Both the position numbers and the translations under genes were made by a program. A stretch of 64,000 bases of DNA from Chloroflexota bacterium (GTDB lineage: Bacteria; Chloroflexota; UBA11872; VXOZ01): assembly GCA_964291655.2 (NCBI GenBank), contig OZ219802.1, positions 416,001-480,000 on the forward strand. Direction: 5' to 3'. Every line of letters begins with the position of its first letter. Position 1 is the first letter of the stretch. The notes under the pieces were generated by a model, which was given only the letters and a program-made list of their open reading frames with translations, was not told the origin of the DNA and did not search any database. This document shows positions 1 through 10,089 of the stretch, in pieces.

Positions 1-1
1 G

Positions 2-484
2 GGACTGACCCGTGACTTCGCGGAAGGTGACTCTCTGCTGCTCATGTTGGGGGATAACATCATCGAAGGAAACCTGCTCGCGGCCCGCCGCAACTTTGAG
101 GCGCAAGATCGGGGCGCGCGTGTCATGCTGACCCGAGTGGAAAATCCCTCAAGCTACGGCGTGGTGGAGATCGAGGATGGCGCGTGCGACGAAGTCGGCC
201 GCATCAAAAGCATTACGGAAAAGCCTGCCGATCCAAAATCGAACCTCGTGCAGACTGGGATATATTTCTATGACGAGCATGTGTTCGACGTCGTCTCCAG
301 CCTCCGGCCGTCGGGGCGCGGCGAACTAGAGATAACCGACGTCAACACCCACTATCTCCAGGAAGGCAACCTGGAGTACGATATCCTTGAGGGCTTTTGG
401 GCGGATTGCGGAGAGTCTTTCGAGACGTACCTAGAGTCTCAAACCCTCGTGGCCACGCATGGTGCGAATAAGTTGAAAATGTAA
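2..484 (+). CDS. Sugar-1-phosphate nucleotidyltransferase (glucose-1-phosphate thymidylyltransferase-like), 5'-truncated by the window edge
   Basis: Frame is open from position 2; motifs LGDN, EKP, TGIYFYD, SGRGELEITD and W-D-G are typical of RmlA-like enzymes. Confidence 0.85.
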   Translation, partial: GLTRDFAEGDSLLLMLGDNIIEGNLLAARRNFEAQDRGARVMLTRVENPSSYGVVEIEDGACDEVGRIKSITEKPADPKSNLVQTGIYFYDEHVFDVVSSLRPSGRGELEITDVNTHYLQEGNLEYDILEGFWADCGESFETYLESQTLVATHGANKLKM

Positions 485-499
485 TGGAACACATAGGTC

Positions 500-1831
500 A
501 TGTTTGAAACGCTTTCCGATCGCCTACAGGGCGTATTCCATAAGCTGCGGGGACGCGGCAAGCTAAGCGAGGCCGACGTGGACGCGGCCCTGCGGGAAGT
601 CCGGTTGGCGCTCCTGGAAGCAGACGTGAATTTCAGGGTCGTGCGTGGCTTTCTCAAGTCGCTGCGCGAGCGGGCGGTAGGCGCCGAGGTGAGGGAGAGT
701 CTGACGCCGGGTCAGCAGGTTATCAAGATCGTACACGAGGAACTCATCAGCCTGCTCGGCGAACCCGCTCCGCTCACCCTCTTGGGCTCTCCCCCGCACG
801 TCATCATGCTCGTAGGCTTACAAGGCTCAGGCAAGACCACTGCCGCGGGCAAGCTTGCCCTCGCGCTGCGCAAGCAGGGACAGCAATGCCTGCTGGTTGC
901 GGCAGATATCTACCGTCCCGCCGCAATTGAACAGCTCGAGACCATTGGCCGACAGGTAGACGTGCCTGTGCATTCCATGGGTACTTCCCAGCCACCGGCG
1001 AAAATTGCCAAGACAGCCATTGAGAGAGCGCGCAATGAGCGCCTGGGGACGGTGATCGTCGATACGGCGGGGCGTCTTCAAATTGACGCGGATATGATGG
1101 CTGAGATTCACGAAATCGCAGAAGCTGTCGAGCCGCAAGAAGTGTTGCTGGTTGCCGATGCCATGACCGGCCAAGAAGCCGTCAATGTTGCGCAGGCCTT
1201 CCACGAGCAGGTGACGCTCACGGGCCTGATCCTCACCAAGACCGACGGAGACGCCCGCGGTGGCGCAGCGCTCTCGGTACGCAGCGTGACCGGAATTCCT
1301 ATCAGGTTCCTGGGAAGCGGTGAGAAGATCGAGCCGCTCGACCCCTTCTATCCGGACCGCTTGGCCTCGCGCATTCTCGGTATGGGTGACGTGCTCAGCC
1401 TCATCGAACGAGCAGAAGAGACCATCGACGCGGAGCAAGCCGCCGAGCTGGAGAAGAAGATACGCACCGCCAGCTTTACCCTAGATGACTTTGTCGATCA
1501 GTTGCAGCAGATCAAGAAGATGGGCTCATTGGGCCAAGTCCTTGAGATGGTGCCCGGCATGAATCAATTCATGCGCAATCCCGCGATGGCTGCGGCCTTG
1601 GACGAACGGCAATTTGCGCGCGTAGAGGCGATCATATACTCGATGACGTTGGCTGAGCGCCACAATCCAGCCATCATCGACGGTTCGCGGCGGCGGCGGA
1701 TTGCGGCCGGCAGCGGAACGACGCCTGCAGAAGTCAACCAGCTCCTCGGCAATTTCCGTCAAATGCAATCTATGATGAAGTCGCTGGCTTCCGGCAAGAT
1801 TCCCCGCAATCTCATGCGCTTCTTTGGCTAA
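500..1831 (+). CDS. ffh: Signal recognition particle protein Ffh (SRP54)
   Basis: MFETLSDRL start, GLQGSGKTT P-loop, DTAGR, TKTDGDARGG, Met-rich M domain with SRRRRIAAGSG. Confidence 0.98.
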   Translation: MFETLSDRLQGVFHKLRGRGKLSEADVDAALREVRLALLEADVNFRVVRGFLKSLRERAVGAEVRESLTPGQQVIKIVHEELISLLGEPAPLTLLGSPPHVIMLVGLQGSGKTTAAGKLALALRKQGQQCLLVAADIYRPAAIEQLETIGRQVDVPVHSMGTSQPPAKIAKTAIERARNERLGTVIVDTAGRLQIDADMMAEIHEIAEAVEPQEVLLVADAMTGQEAVNVAQAFHEQVTLTGLILTKTDGDARGGAALSVRSVTGIPIRFLGSGEKIEPLDPFYPDRLASRILGMGDVLSLIERAEETIDAEQAAELEKKIRTASFTLDDFVDQLQQIKKMGSLGQVLEMVPGMNQFMRNPAMAAALDERQFARVEAIIYSMTLAERHNPAIIDGSRRRRIAAGSGTTPAEVNQLLGNFRQMQSMMKSLASGKIPRNLMRFFG

Positions 1832-2103
1832 CCCCGGCACCATGTTGATTGCTTGGCTTGGGGAAGGGCCAAATCCCACCGCAACTCACGAGCCGGCGCA
1901 AGTGCCACACTGCTGACACCCGCAGCAGGTGCCGCAATTGCACAGCCCGCTTAACCCTGGATGGAACTCGTTGCGTGCCACGGCTTGCTCCCGGGGATTG
2001 CGGTAGCTAGTTCCTCGCTAGCCACGTCACACCCTTGAGCCCATTCGTTCGAATGGTGAAACACTCTGTCTCTTACCAACGTTGCATCTGGGCATAGTGA
2101 GCC

Positions 2104-3486
2104 CTATTCGCCACTGCGGCCGCGGCCATTAGTGGGGGCGAACTGAAAGACTAGCCAGCCGAGAATGGTGGCCAACAATGACCCAACTAAGATGCTCATC
2201 TTAGCCGACTCCAGCAATTCCGTTCCGCCAAGGGCCAAGTTTGCGATAAAGAGCGACATCGTGAAGCCGATACCTGCTAAGCACCCGGCGCCAAGTACGT
2301 GGAACCAGTTTACGCGACTGGGAAGGGCGGCGAGACCGAGACGCACCGCGACTACGGAAAAGAGCACAATTCCAAGCGGCTTGCCGACGAGCAGCCCCAG
2401 GGCCACACCACGCGCCAGCGGTTCCTCTACAAAACCGGTAAGATCGGCGTCAATTGCAACGCCAGCATTGGCCAGTGCAAACAACGGCATGATGCCAAAG
2501 ACCGTCCAGGGATGGAGCGTGTTTTCGAAACGCTGTAGTGGCGACTGCGCCCCCAAGGCCGTCCGCTCTATAGAACGCATCAGGGATACTTGCTCTTCAT
2601 TCGCCAACACACTCTCACCTTCAGCAGATGCCTGGGCAAATTCGTCAATGTAGACGCGGCTCAGGTTGGTGAATTCAGCGCTATCGATACGCCGACGGAC
2701 CGGAATCGTAAACGCCGCAATTACCCCCGCCACCGTCGGGTGCACTCCCGATAAGATGAAGGCCGGCCACAGACCGCAGGCGGCCAAGAGGATATACACG
2801 AGCGTGCTGCGAATCCCCAAGCGATTGGCAGCGATAAGCAATACCACAAAAACCGCGGCGATTCCCAACGCCAAGAGCGAAATGCCGCTCGTATAGAAGA
2901 TGGCAATGACTAGCACCGCCCCAATGTCATCCACTATCGCCAGAGCCGTAAGAAAGACCTTGATGGGCGTGGGCACTCGGCTGCCAAGGACCGCCATCAC
3001 GCCCAGCGTAAACGCGATGTCGGTTGCCATGGGGATGCCCCAACCGCGTTGCCCCGGCTCGCCCCAGTTAAACCACAGAAAGATGGCAGCGGGAACGAGC
3101 ATGCCACCGATCGCCGCCATGATGGGGAGCATGGCACGCCTTGGTGAAGCGAGTTCTCCGGCAATTACCTCACGCTTGATTTCTAAGCCGACCACAAAGA
3201 AGAAAATTACCATCAAGCCATCGTTGATCCAGTATTCGAGCGGCTTGTCGAATACGAAGTCGCCAATTCTCACGGCAAAGTGGAGGTGCCAGAGGTCATA
3301 GTACGAAGAGCCAAAAGGAGAATTGGCCCACACAATTGCCACGATTACGCAGGCCAGCAGGACTATCCCACTGGATGCCTGCGCATGGGCAAATTCCTGG
3401 AAGAGACCAAGGACTCGAAACCGTCCATGCCCTGGGGAGGATGGGCGAGCACCGTGTTGATCCGTGTCTGAAATATCGTTTTTCAC
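2104..3486 (-). CDS. nhaA: Na+/H+ antiporter NhaA
   Basis: WINDGLM, GLEIKRE, GWGIPMATDIAF, LAIVDD, GIGFTMSLFI. Confidence 0.97.
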   Translation of the reverse strand: MKNDISDTDQHGARPSSPGHGRFRVLGLFQEFAHAQASSGIVLLACVIVAIVWANSPFGSSYYDLWHLHFAVRIGDFVFDKPLEYWINDGLMVIFFFVVGLEIKREVIAGELASPRRAMLPIMAAIGGMLVPAAIFLWFNWGEPGQRGWGIPMATDIAFTLGVMAVLGSRVPTPIKVFLTALAIVDDIGAVLVIAIFYTSGISLLALGIAAVFVVLLIAANRLGIRSTLVYILLAACGLWPAFILSGVHPTVAGVIAAFTIPVRRRIDSAEFTNLSRVYIDEFAQASAEGESVLANEEQVSLMRSIERTALGAQSPLQRFENTLHPWTVFGIMPLFALANAGVAIDADLTGFVEEPLARGVALGLLVGKPLGIVLFSVVAVRLGLAALPSRVNWFHVLGAGCLAGIGFTMSLFIANLALGGTELLESAKMSILVGSLLATILGWLVFQFAPTNGRGRSGE

Positions 3487-3777
3487 TGCTGAGTCCTCAG
3501 CATGTCGTAAATTGTCTCCTGATTAGGGTGCAGCACCTGGCCGGGGGCTTCCGCGGGGCGTTATTAATACTATAGCGCACCGCATCATAGCAGTCTCGGC
3601 ACACGAGAGTGTGACAGTCCGGCACGAGGATTCTGCAATGTGCATGCGGATTCCCGGACCGATTGAGAGCCTCTGCGTAGAACGATGTATTGCCTGGAAC
3701 ACACGTATTCTGTCACGCACATAACAGGGGTTCAACACTTTGCAGCAGCCGGCTGCATAGTCCTGCCTGCGACATGG

Positions 3778-5298
3778 TTAATTGTTGAGCTTGGGACGAT
3801 ACTGCAGGGCTTCAGCGAGGTGTTGGACGGCTATGATATCGGCCTCATCCATGTCCGCAATCGTGCGGGCGAGCTTCAGCACGCGATGGAAGCTGCGCGC
3901 CGTCAATTGCATGCGGTCCATCGCCGTCCGCATCAGATTCTGAGCATCCGACTGCAGTGTACAGAACTCCCGCACGTGTCGAGGGCCTATTTCTCCGTTT
4001 GTCTTGAAGGGAAGCGCAGCAAAGCGCTCCTGCTGGACTTGCCGGGCACGCACCACACGCTCCCGCACACTTGCTGATGGCTCGCCTTGGCGATCTTCGG
4101 TCAGTTTTTCGTATTCAACGCGCGGCACTTCAACGTATATGTCAATGCGGTCCAGCAGTGGACCGGACAACTTCCTTTGGTAGCGCGTGACGATGGCGGG
4201 ATTGCACGTACAATTGCGAACCGGATCACCATACCAACCGCACGGGCAAGGATTCATCGCGCCAATGAGCAAGAACTGCGCCGGAAACGTCAGCGAGCCC
4301 GAAGCGCGCGAAATCGTAACTGCGCCAGACTCAAGCGGCTGCCGGAGCATATCAAGGAGATTTGTCGGAAATTCAGGTATTTCGTCGAGAAACAAGACGC
4401 CGCGATGCGCCTGGCTAATCTCACCCGGGCGCGGAAAGCGGCCGCCGCCTACGAGCCCCGCGTGAGAGACGGTATGGTGGGGAGAACGAAACGGGCGCTT
4501 CAATACCAAAGGCTCGTCCGCCTGCAAGAGCCCACAGACACTATAGATCTTGCTCACCTCTATTGCTTCATCCAGCGAGAGCGGCGGCAGAATTGAAGAC
4601 ACGGCCTGGGCCAGGAGGGACTTGCCGGTACCCGGTGGACCCGAAAACAACACGTTGTGACCGCCGCTGCATGCCACTTCTAGCGCCCGCTTGGCGTGCT
4701 CCTGGCCTTTTACGTCGGCCAGATCAACATCGTAGGCTATGGTATCGTTTTCGGCGGCATTCGGCGGGCGGGCTCTGGCGAGGGATTCCATGTCACTGAG
4801 GTGCAAGACCAGTTGCCTCAAGTGCATTGCGGGGTAGACTGCCAAACCTGATATGATTGCCGCCTCCGCGCCGTTTGACACGGGCACGTAAACGGAGCGT
4901 ATACCCCAGCGGAGTGCATTGGACACGAGCGGCAGAATTCCGTTCGTAGGCCGTAGCGCCCCTTCAAGCGCCAACTCGCCGAGAAAGAGCGATTCTTCCA
5001 GCCCTTCCGCCGCCAACTGACCGCTGGCGACGAGAATGCCGATGGCAATCGGTACGTCGAGGCTCGTACCTTCCTTCGCCACGTCAGCAGGCGCAAGATT
5101 GACGGTAACCCGCTTCTGGGGAAAGACAAAGCCCGCGTCTCGAATTGCCGCGCGCACACGCTCACGGGCTTCCTGCACCGCCGTATCCGGTAAGCCGACG
5201 ATGACGAATGAGGGCAGCCCGTCGGCAAGATCAACTTCTACCTCAACCTGGGCGCTATCCAGCCCGACCAGCGTGGCAGCCATAATCTTGGCCAGCAT
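3778..5298 (-). CDS. comM: YifB/ComM Mg-chelatase-like AAA+ ATPase
   Basis: IVGLPD..VQEARERV, GPPGTGKS, RSPHH, HRGVLFLDE, MNPCPCG, SGPLLDRID, ARTIAD. Confidence 0.95.
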   Translation of the reverse strand: MLAKIMAATLVGLDSAQVEVEVDLADGLPSFVIVGLPDTAVQEARERVRAAIRDAGFVFPQKRVTVNLAPADVAKEGTSLDVPIAIGILVASGQLAAEGLEESLFLGELALEGALRPTNGILPLVSNALRWGIRSVYVPVSNGAEAAIISGLAVYPAMHLRQLVLHLSDMESLARARPPNAAENDTIAYDVDLADVKGQEHAKRALEVACSGGHNVLFSGPPGTGKSLLAQAVSSILPPLSLDEAIEVSKIYSVCGLLQADEPLVLKRPFRSPHHTVSHAGLVGGGRFPRPGEISQAHRGVLFLDEIPEFPTNLLDMLRQPLESGAVTISRASGSLTFPAQFLLIGAMNPCPCGWYGDPVRNCTCNPAIVTRYQRKLSGPLLDRIDIYVEVPRVEYEKLTEDRQGEPSASVRERVVRARQVQQERFAALPFKTNGEIGPRHVREFCTLQSDAQNLMRTAMDRMQLTARSFHRVLKLARTIADMDEADIIAVQHLAEALQYRPKLNN

Positions 5299-5583
5299 AC
5301 CGAATCCTAGTGTCCAGCTAAATCGGTCTTACACATGCATCACAGAAGGTACGGAGACTTGTACACGTAAGAAAGGAATGCAGCAAATGGCTGCGTCGGC
5401 GCTCTCTGCCGCATATCGCCGATGTCAATGGTGCATAGTCCCTTCGCGGGCCGCGCCTGTCCAACGAGAAGCGAATTCGCCCCCAAACGGCGGAAGCCGC
5501 CGTCTCCGGCACACATCAAACATTTATTTCGCCGAAGGAATGTTACGCGCTTTCGGCCTGCAGCCGAAGCCAACGTGTCACAG

Positions 5584-7146
5584 TCAGCGAAGCGGATCGA
5601 AAAACGTCAGATCGGCGCCGAAATTATCCATCGCCGCCACCGCGTCTCCTTCAAGAGCCGTCCGGATGTTGCGCGTGCGGTGAGCGAGCGTAATTTCAGT
5701 CCGTGCCGCCGGGTACTCCAATGAAACCGGTTTACCCGGATCAGGTTGGGCAATGTACAGGTGATCTCCCAATACCCGGTAGTCTGCGGTTCCACTGACC
5801 TGCAAGGCAGACCTGTCGGCCCACCGCGGCAATCTGATCCAAAGTGGCGCCGCGTGCCTGGTCGTCACGCTCACTCGGCCTGACGATTCGCCCGCCTGCA
5901 CACGCGCGTCCGGCGTGTCCTGGTCCAACAACAGGTTCACCCGTACGCCATCGGGCCCTGTCACGACGCCCTCCCTGAGCACTTCGCAGAGGGTCCCGAC
6001 TACTCCGCCGACTATATCCATATTGAAGCTGATCCGTTCGAGACCAAGCGGGTGGTGGCCGTACGGCGCTGGAAACCCAAACGCTCCCCGATGCCGTTCT
6101 CTCACACTTCTCAGACCATCTTCGCCTGCCGGATTGGCAGGTTCGGGAATGAAATCTGCATCGCGAAGTTGGGACGGCAACAGGTGCCCGCGTAGAATCC
6201 TTTCGGCGTCTTGGAAGCGCCCGGGATATCCGTGCCGGCCGAGTATCAGGTCTGTTTCGACGATATCGCCGGTGTTGTTGCCCTCGCCCTTGTCGGCCGG
6301 GCTGTCGTCGGCGCTGCTCTCGATCACCCAGCCCAGTTCGTCGCGGATCGCCCACAGCCCGTTGTCGGCAAAGGCCCGTACTCGCTCCAGGAGTGCGGCG
6401 TCGCCGGTCAGGTCCCCAAGCTGCGCCAGCGAGGACATGACACAGGTCGTCGAGTGCGTGTGCACCCCGAACTTCTCACGGTCATACGACCCGTCCGGCA
6501 AGAAGAACTCAGACGTGGCCTTCTCGGCCAGGAGAGACGCCAATTCAAGCGCTTTGCCCGAGCCGGTGGCCCTGAAGTACTTAACCAGCGGGCCGATGGC
6601 GCGGGCGACTCCCGTAATGAATGTATTCTGCCGGGTCCACCGAATGCCGTGGGCCGCCGTAATCCTCTCGCGGTCCCAGCCGTCCACCGGGTCCCACGCA
6701 TCGAGTATGAACTCAATGCTGGATTCGGCCACTTCCCTCGCCGTGTCTGAATTTCGAAACTTGACGAGGGCGTAAAGTGCATGCATTCCCTCACGCACGT
6801 TGTGATCGTTGAAGTTCTCGATTGGTCCGTCCACGCGGTCGCGGTTCATGGGCAAAGGCACGGGGCCGGAGTAAGAGAAGAAGGCCGCTGCGGCGTGTTT
6901 TTCGACCGCCTCCTCCGAGATCGAGACTCCAGCCGCGTCTTCGGCATTCAACAGGGCGTTCAGGTGCCTGCCCGGCACATGCGACTCAGAGTGGACGTTG
7001 CTGAAGCTGAGCCGGGGGTTGGGAAGGACCTCTGAACTGAAGAACGGGATGTCGTTGTCGTCGGCGTTGAACACGCTCGACATCGTCCGGCAACCAAGTT
7101 TGATCGCCGACTTTATGTCGGTGGTGTTGACGTTGGATACCTTCAC
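5584..7146 (-). CDS. Hypothetical protein, GH127/DUF1680-like (helical barrel plus C-terminal beta domain)
   Basis: About 520 aa; likely GTG start at 7146 after GGGAG; GRHLNALL, HTHSTT, EGNNTGD and LWIRLPRWA resemble six-hairpin glycosidase-like proteins. Confidence 0.5.
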   Translation of the reverse strand: MKVSNVNTTDIKSAIKLGCRTMSSVFNADDNDIPFFSSEVLPNPRLSFSNVHSESHVPGRHLNALLNAEDAAGVSISEEAVEKHAAAAFFSYSGPVPLPMNRDRVDGPIENFNDHNVREGMHALYALVKFRNSDTAREVAESSIEFILDAWDPVDGWDRERITAAHGIRWTRQNTFITGVARAIGPLVKYFRATGSGKALELASLLAEKATSEFFLPDGSYDREKFGVHTHSTTCVMSSLAQLGDLTGDAALLERVRAFADNGLWAIRDELGWVIESSADDSPADKGEGNNTGDIVETDLILGRHGYPGRFQDAERILRGHLLPSQLRDADFIPEPANPAGEDGLRSVRERHRGAFGFPAPYGHHPLGLERISFNMDIVGGVVGTLCEVLREGVVTGPDGVRVNLLLDQDTPDARVQAGESSGRVSVTTRHAAPLWIRLPRWADRSALQVSGTADYRVLGDHLYIAQPDPGKPVSLEYPAARTEITLAHRTRNIRTALEGDAVAAMDNFGADLTFFDPLR

Positions 7147-7468
7147 GTTGGCGCTCCCGTGGTCCGCTCGAAAATGGACCATCCAGGTTGATTTACACTT
7201 TGCATCATGGACGCTAGATCATTCCGGAGTGCGGCTCATCCGCCCGATAGCACCTGCGTGCAGTGCCCCGGGCAGGCTGCTGAAGCCCGGCAAAGAACGG
7301 GACTCACGCAATTCGAACCCGTGCATGCCGTGCTCGCCATGTTCGCACGGCTGATTGAACGCCGGTAGGGCCGGCCCCTCACTCTTAGCAATTTCTGCCC
7401 GTGCGTTTCCAGGCTGCACTATCAAGCCCCATACCCAGCCAGCGGGCACGCCACCAACCGCCGTAATC

Positions 7469-7554
7469 GGCAGGCCGTCAGCACAATCAACTCCTACCTC
7501 TGCATGGGCGCTATCCAGCCCTCCAAGCGTGGCAGCCATAATCATGGCCGGCAT
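7469..7554 (-). pseudogene. Degenerate duplicate of the comM 5' end
   Basis: 13 mismatches in 86 nt against 5213-5298; encodes MPAMIMAATLGGLDSAHAEVGVDCADGLP versus MLAKIMAATLVGLDSAQVEVEVDLADGLP; GGAGG RBS upstream. Confidence 0.9.
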
Positions 7555-7964
7555 CTCCACCTCCACCGCGAAGCACAGCTTGCAGCCCTTGCCTATACGG
7601 GGACTATAGACCCGGCGCAAAATGCAAGCAAAGCCGTAACTATTCGGTACTAAAGGAGTACCGGCACAAACATGCCACAACTGCTGGCAGTTTAGCAATG
7701 CGTGGGGTAGCCTGGCAGCCACATTCGTAATTGTCTTGTCGGTCTGGTAGCATTACAGTAGCATACGAAAGAATATCTTTCGCGCCCACGTACGGCGGGT
7801 GCGGGTTAAATGTGTCCTGCCATTTGCGCATTGCACATTGCACTCTGTATACTCCCATTCAATACGTAGTGTATTGGTATTGGGGTGTCCAAATCGAGGT
7901 CAAGTGGACTAAGAACTCATTACGCAATCAACTATAAGATTGACTGGTTCAGGAAGGAGAATCG

Positions 7965-9950
7965 ATGAGTAATTCCGGATCAACAGTGATGGAAAAGCAA
8001 GCATGGGAGGTGGCAGGCCAACGTCTCGGTGGTACAGTTGCGTCACTGGCCGTTTCACCGAGCTTTAGCGAGAACAACCTAGTGCTCGCCGGAACCATGG
8101 CGGGAGTGTTTTGCTCCGAAGATAAGGGCAAGACCTGGAAGATTTCCAATGAAGGCATTACGAGCCCCTATATCCAGGCGCTTGCATTTGCACCCAACGT
8201 TGCGAACCATGAGGTAGCGTTTGCCGGTGCTTTGGAAGGTGGCGTCTATCGCTCTGACAATGGCGGCAAGACCTGGCAGCAGCTTGACTTTTGGCAAGGA
8301 GCGGCCTCAGTCACGTGCCTGGCGGTGTCACCGAGCTTTTCCGATGATGGAGTGATGCTCGCCGGCACCCAGGAAGATGGCGTCTTCAAGTCAACCAACC
8401 GCGGCCGTACGTGGAATTCGGCCAACTTCGGCATTATGGAACTCAGTATTCAAGCCATTGCCATCTCGCCGGACTTTGAAGAGGATCAGACCGCATTCTT
8501 AGCTGGTGGCGACGGCCTCTATCGAACGCTTGACGAAGGCCGTGCTTGGCGGCTGGTAGACAGAGGGCTGGATAGCATGGCCATCCAGGCAATTGCCGTT
8601 TCGCCAGATTTTGCAGAGGACCGAACGGTGCTTGTCGGCACGGAAGATATGGGTGTCTTCAAGTCTACCGACGGCGGCACGAACTGGCAGGAAGCGAACA
8701 GCGGCCTGGACAGTGTCTCGATCAACGCGCTCTGCCTCTCGCCGGAGTTTGCCAGTGACAGCCTGGCATACGCGGGTACGGCAGAAGGATCGGTTTACCG
8801 TTCGTCCGACGGCGGCAGTACCTGGGAAAGCGTTATCGATCAAGATTCGTCGGTACTCTGCTTGCTGACAACCGGAACCGGCGAGGATGACATTGTCTTG
8901 GCAGGTGTGCACCGGGAAGGCGCTCTGCGCGCCAATGGCGGCGCTACTGATTGGGAACCGGCCGTAGAAGGCCTTGCCGCACGCTCGCTTCTTGGCACGG
9001 CACTTTCTCCAAATTGCCATCAGGACGGTACGCTCTTTGCGACTAGTCTCGAAGACGGAGTCCTGCGTTCTGCCGATGAAGGGTTGACGTGGGAAGCAGC
9101 CGGTGCAGGCCTCGAAGAGATGCAAGTCGCATCACTCTTAATCTCGCCGGACTATGCAAACGACTCCACCGTCTTTGCGGCAACTCATCAGGGCGTTGCA
9201 ATTACCGCAGATGGCGGCAGGAGCTGGCAGGCCAGTAACGAGGGCATCGATGAAGAGACGTTAGACCTCCGCGTCTTGGCAGTTTCTCACACGTACGCGG
9301 AAGATCGTTTGGTCGCGGCCGGGGGGCCGGGCGGCGCACTGTACTTTAGCCGTGACGCCGGTCAGTCCTGGGAACGGTCCGAAGAGACGTTCGGCGAGGA
9401 AGACGTGATCGGTATAGCGCTTTCCCCGAATTTCGCCGATGACAACACGCTCTTGCTCGGCACTTTCCGTGCTTCTCAAGGCGATTACGCCAGTACCATT
9501 ACCGTATGGCGCTCTGCTGACGGCGGTGAGATTTGGAAACGAATCCTCGTCCATGCCACGGGAGCACAGTGGATCAGTTTCGCCATGCCGCCAAACTATT
9601 CCGGCTCGGAAGAGGACTATAGCAACTTCTTCATTGCCACGGCGACTCGATTCTTCCGCCCGATGTGGCGCGGCAAGAATCTCTGGGTAGGTGATGCCAT
9701 TGGCGAAGCGACAGCGGCCGTGGTCTGCCTGGCTATCTCGCCCGAATACGAAAGCGATACCACCATCTACGCCGGTACCAGCCGGGGCGTGTACAAGTCC
9801 TCAGACGAAGGGCTGACATGGCAGAACATCAACGAAGGGCTGGACAACAAGGCGATTGTCTCTCTGCTGGTCTCACCAAACTATGCTGAAGATCACGCGG
9901 TATGGGCCGTGTCGCTTGGCGGCACTGTGTGGCGATACGTCGATGCGTAG
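7965..9950 (+). CDS. BNR/Asp-box repeat beta-propeller protein (Ycf48/WD40-YVTN-like)
   Basis: More than ten S/T-x-D-x-G-x-T/S-W Asp boxes, each with an AxSPxF/Y motif; AGGAG RBS. Confidence 0.9.
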   Translation: MSNSGSTVMEKQAWEVAGQRLGGTVASLAVSPSFSENNLVLAGTMAGVFCSEDKGKTWKISNEGITSPYIQALAFAPNVANHEVAFAGALEGGVYRSDNGGKTWQQLDFWQGAASVTCLAVSPSFSDDGVMLAGTQEDGVFKSTNRGRTWNSANFGIMELSIQAIAISPDFEEDQTAFLAGGDGLYRTLDEGRAWRLVDRGLDSMAIQAIAVSPDFAEDRTVLVGTEDMGVFKSTDGGTNWQEANSGLDSVSINALCLSPEFASDSLAYAGTAEGSVYRSSDGGSTWESVIDQDSSVLCLLTTGTGEDDIVLAGVHREGALRANGGATDWEPAVEGLAARSLLGTALSPNCHQDGTLFATSLEDGVLRSADEGLTWEAAGAGLEEMQVASLLISPDYANDSTVFAATHQGVAITADGGRSWQASNEGIDEETLDLRVLAVSHTYAEDRLVAAGGPGGALYFSRDAGQSWERSEETFGEEDVIGIALSPNFADDNTLLLGTFRASQGDYASTITVWRSADGGEIWKRILVHATGAQWISFAMPPNYSGSEEDYSNFFIATATRFFRPMWRGKNLWVGDAIGEATAAVVCLAISPEYESDTTIYAGTSRGVYKSSDEGLTWQNINEGLDNKAIVSLLVSPNYAEDHAVWAVSLGGTVWRYVDA

Positions 9951-10003
9951 CTGGTTGCTGCCGATTACAGCCCTGCTTTAAACCTTGACCCCGGCAAACT
10001 AAA

Positions 10004-10035
10004 GAGCTACGTGCCGCTTTGTCGGCACGTAGCTC
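10004..10035 (+). terminator. Stem-loop, probable intrinsic terminator
   Basis: 13-bp stem GAGCTACGTGCCG-ctttgt-CGGCACGTAGCTC after the BNR gene; U-tract is weak. Confidence 0.6.
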
Positions 10036-10089
10036 AGTGTTTAAGCGCCGCAGAATCGCATCTGCTTACGGCTTTCAAGGGGCCTGGAA

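Noticed and set aside
1832-2103. Possible SRP RNA downstream of ffh
   Set aside because: The conserved domain IV motif (CAGG..GGAA..AGCAG) was not found on either strand
7219-7722. 167-aa ORF; also considered the comM duplicate as a DGR template/variable repeat pair
   Set aside because: Only the comM-derived 29 codons look protein-like; mismatches are not adenine-specific and there is no reverse transcriptase
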